DNA of 64,000 nt from Vicugna vicugna (lineage: Eukaryota). The position numbers and the translations under genes are program-made. This document shows, in pieces, positions 60,801 through 64,000 of this stretch. The notes under the pieces are model-generated. The model worked only from the letters and a program-made list of their open reading frames with translations. It had not been told where the DNA came from and did no database searches. How positions within the stretch are numbered: the stretch's first letter is position 1; every line of letters begins with the position of its first letter. The stretch spans positions 1,116,001 to 1,180,000 of the forward strand of contig MU063398.1 of assembly GCA_013265495.1 (NCBI GenBank), written 5' to 3'.

Positions 60801-62554
60801 AAATGACCTCTTCTTGAGGGGCAGGGGCCCTCTTGGAATTGCCTACAGGGTTCCCGAGCCTTCTTGCCTGTCGGGTCTGCAGAGCTGCTGCTCTTGTTTC
60901 CGAGGAAAATGGTTTTGCTGATAAGGGCTCGAATGGTGTTTTCCCAGATACGCAAACACTGAGGGCCTGGGCCACACGAAGGCGCGCGGCCGTGGTTTGA
61001 GATGTGACCGCTGCTGTCAGCCAGGCATTTGAGATCTGACTTGGCCAAGGCTTTTGATAAAGTCAGAACACCTCATGTCCACTCACATTTTTGTTTCTTT
61101 TCTGGGAAAGTGGCTTTATCTTTTTGCTGCCCAGGGTGTCCTCACCTTTGCCGATGTGAGTGCGTGTGCCTCCCGTGGGAACCAGCTCCCTCCTCCGTTA
61201 CAGCAAGGCTCACGGGCAGCTGCTGCTCCCGGTGCCTCTATGTAGTGCGGGGCTTCTTTTAGCTTTGTTGTAAAAAGAATCTGGCAGATGCTGACGGCCA
61301 GCTTGGCTCTGGCCTTCCTCCTTGCCGCTTGCTACTGGCCCCTGGGCCGCAGAGTCCCTCCGGCCCCCTTCCTTACCTTTGCTTGTGCCCTTCCTTCTCC
61401 TTGCAGGGCCTCGCTTCTCTGCCTTTTGACTTTCCAAAGACATGCTTTAACATTTTTTTCTAAATGACACAAATAATATAAGAATATATTTTTGAAAGAA
61501 ATCAAGTACTGGACAGCTGACAAGGGCATAAAATATAGGTGGCCGTCTGCCGGAGACCCTCAGCGTGAAGAGCTTGGTGCGAGTCCTTCACGAGTGAGTG
61601 TTGCTTCTTCCTTCTCAGTCTCCCCACCCTTCCAAATCCAGATCGCTCTGAAGTCCTTGGCGTCCTCGTCAATACTGAGTTGTTTTTATTTTTAACTTCT
61701 GAATTCCTGCCCTTGTTTTCCCCCTCTGGACCACCCATTTTGTCTGCTTTCCTTATGTTGTCCTTTGTTTATTAATTAGTTCATTTCATTGAATTATACC
61801 CAATTGAGTTTTTTTCTTCCCCTGGACAGACATTGCTTTTCCAGTGGAGACATGTTAACACGGAGTCGCAGTGGAGTGTGAGGAGGGTCTGGTAGATGGT
61901 AGCCCTGGATGCATATTTGTTGAATGACTGAATTAGCAACCAAGTATGAATTATGTAGAGTTAGAGGTAATGGTGGTGCAGTGGTGGGTTAATTAATGGC
62001 TGGGATTGTCCTGGAAGGCTTCAAAGAGGAAGTGTTTGACTTGGTTATTGAGGGATGTGTAGAACTTGGTGAAGAAGATGCGCCTGGTGGGCAGGGGGAG
62101 TGGTGGTGTCAGTCAGCATGCTGTGTTCGTGGATATGATCATCCTCCACTTTCACTGCTGTATCTTTTGGCTTCTCCCTCAGATACCAAAGTCCTTAAAA
62201 AGAGTGGGAGTGGATTTTACACACGTGCCTTCAACAGGTGACATTTATTGAGCATGTGTTACACACCAGATCCTTTCCCAAGTGTTTCGCATGTAGTAGC
62301 GAGCCCGTGAGGGAGGTGTTCCTGATTCATTTTAGAGATACGGAAACTGAGGCACTGGTAAGGTGGATGGTGTCCCCAAGTCCTCATGACTAGGAAGCGT
62401 GGGGCTGGTCAGTCTTACTTTTTCAGCCTTCTTGTTCCTGTCTTTAAATGGGACTGGTGATGCCCACAAGAGAGAGTTGTGAGGTTTGAATTAAATGAGA
62501 TGATGCCTCTAAATCATCCAGAGTAGGAGGCCAGATCTCAGCGGATCCTAACCC

Positions 62555-62725
62555 TGAATAAAATACCCTCCACCTCCTGCTTTATTTTCCTTCACAGCAC
62601 TTACCACTGCTCGGCATAGAGCTGCTTATTTGTTGTCTCCCTCTTTGTCTCTTTTGTCCTTGACTGTGTCCCCAGGACCTGATAGAGAGTACTAAATATT
62701 TTTTGAGTGAATGAATGAATGTTAA
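62555..62725 (+). mobile_element. L2 3' end
   Basis: ttttccttcacagcacttaccac...ttgactgtgtccccaggacctgatagagagtactaaatatttttttgagtgaatgaatgaat. Confidence 0.75.
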
Positions 62726-64000
62726 TTCTCCCTTCCCCCCAGAGTATCGTGACTGTGGATGCTTAGAAAATACTAGGTGAATTCTACTGAAACTAAACAG
62801 TCTGTGCCAGTTCCATATACTGACAAGGGACCATGAATTTATGTCAGAAGATGATCAACACTGCTGTTTTCATTTTTTATTTGCTGTCGTGTTTAGAGAA
62901 CTGTCTTATGTCTCCCACCCCTGATTTTCATGATGTTTCAATTTAAGCATTTCCAATTTGGGTATGAAATTATCCGTCAGTCATAGAGAAAATTTGTGCC
63001 TTCCTTGGTGGCTTGGGAACAAGCCAGAGCTTAACTGGAGTGGCTAACTGCTGGAAGAGCACGCGCTGGAGAAGGCATGCCCCCTCTGCCCCGGGCCCCC
63101 ATCTGGAATATCGCTTCTCCCCCTGGACTGTGGTCTGATCTTGCTTGTCCCCCAAGACCCAGTGAGGAGGAGCCTCATTTGTTTATTCACTGGTTACGTA
63201 TTAGCATCCTGTGTGTGGCAGGTGCTGACCTGCACAGCAGCAGCGCAGAGAATAGGCCCGGGACTGTCCCTTGGGCCCTCCCAGTCAGCTGTGGTGGAGG
63301 AGACGCCCACGTGAGCTGAGCAGGGGTGATGATGTCCAGGGCCTCGCCAGAGCCCCTGAGCTGTGAGTATCTGTGCAAAATCTTGAGCCATCACACCATG
63401 GAGGGCTGCCCGGGGAGCTGGCCCTGCCCAGCCCGCGGATCCGCGTCTCCTGCAGCGCGAGGCGTGCGGCCCTGCTGTCGGGCACGCTGACTCAGGTGGG
63501 TCAGGATAACGCAGACCCTGTGAGGGTGGGGAAGCTCTTCCCTTTCAGTTTTCTGTCAGCAGTGCTGCTGTGGTCTCACTTGGCACTAGCTTGTCTTTAG
63601 TGCTTCTTCGGCTCCGGGACAGTGAGTGTGGGCCTCAGGGTCAGAGGGCTGGTCAGTGTCTAGAAGTCCAAGTGCTAGGGCTCCAGCCCAGATCGGCAGG
63701 AACCCCAGCCTCCCGCTGCCGGTTCCTCCAGGGATTCTAAAGCAGGTGGCGCTGAGAACCACTGACACAGCTAAATAAAGTTTGCTCTCATTGGATTCAG
63801 TCTGCTTTCTTTACATAGCAAGTGAAATTGGTTTTCTATTTGCTAGAATGATTTCCTTTCGAGTAAATTTTACAAGTGGAAAAGGTGAGTTGATTTTAAA
63901 AATAATGTTAGTAAACAGTAGCGCGAGTCACAGTGAAAGTGGCCACAATCACGGCGCTGCCTGGTGCCGGGCTGCAGCTCGGGGAGCGCGCCTCTCCGTG

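Larger units (their letters stand above)
51737..64000 (+). other. SNX29: SNX29 intron (part, downstream of the exon)
   Basis: Starts with the GTGAGT donor; the next expected SNX29 peptide (VPGDLSQTSEDQ..., recalled) is not seen in the window. Confidence 0.8.

Noticed and set aside
1-64000. CRISPR array, operon, prophage, rRNA, snoRNA/miRNA, processed pseudogene or endogenous viral ORF
   Set aside because: The sequence is a mammalian intron. No repeat-spacer array, poly-A-tailed mRNA copy or viral protein motif was recognised. Small RNAs cannot be excluded without an Infernal/Rfam search.

Overview
This is mammalian genomic DNA, most likely camelid (camel/alpaca/llama), judged from tRNA-Ala-derived vic-1-type SINEs and camelid-style L1 3' ends. 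The window lies inside the sorting nexin 29 gene (SNX29, + strand). Its only supportable coding feature is one 117-nt phase 0/0 internal exon at 51620-51736 (VAEMHGELIEFNERLHRALVAKEALVSQMRQELIDLRGP). The rest is intron filled with MIR, L2, L1 fragments, MaLR/ERVL LTRs, hAT and Tigger MITEs, microsatellites and a 91-N assembly gap. All other ORFs in the track look spurious. I found no convincing new multi-gene system. The most unusual object is a 356-bp mini-L1 at 12532-12887, in which an L1 5' head is fused directly to an L1 3' tail and flanked by 9-bp target-site duplications at a canonical endonuclease site. Next are a ~392-bp, ~94%-identical tandem duplication carrying a 12-bp E-box palindrome, and the atypical splice acceptor of the SNX29 exon. 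Repeat family names come from recalled consensus sequences, not a database search, and most repeat boundaries are approximate (tens of bp).
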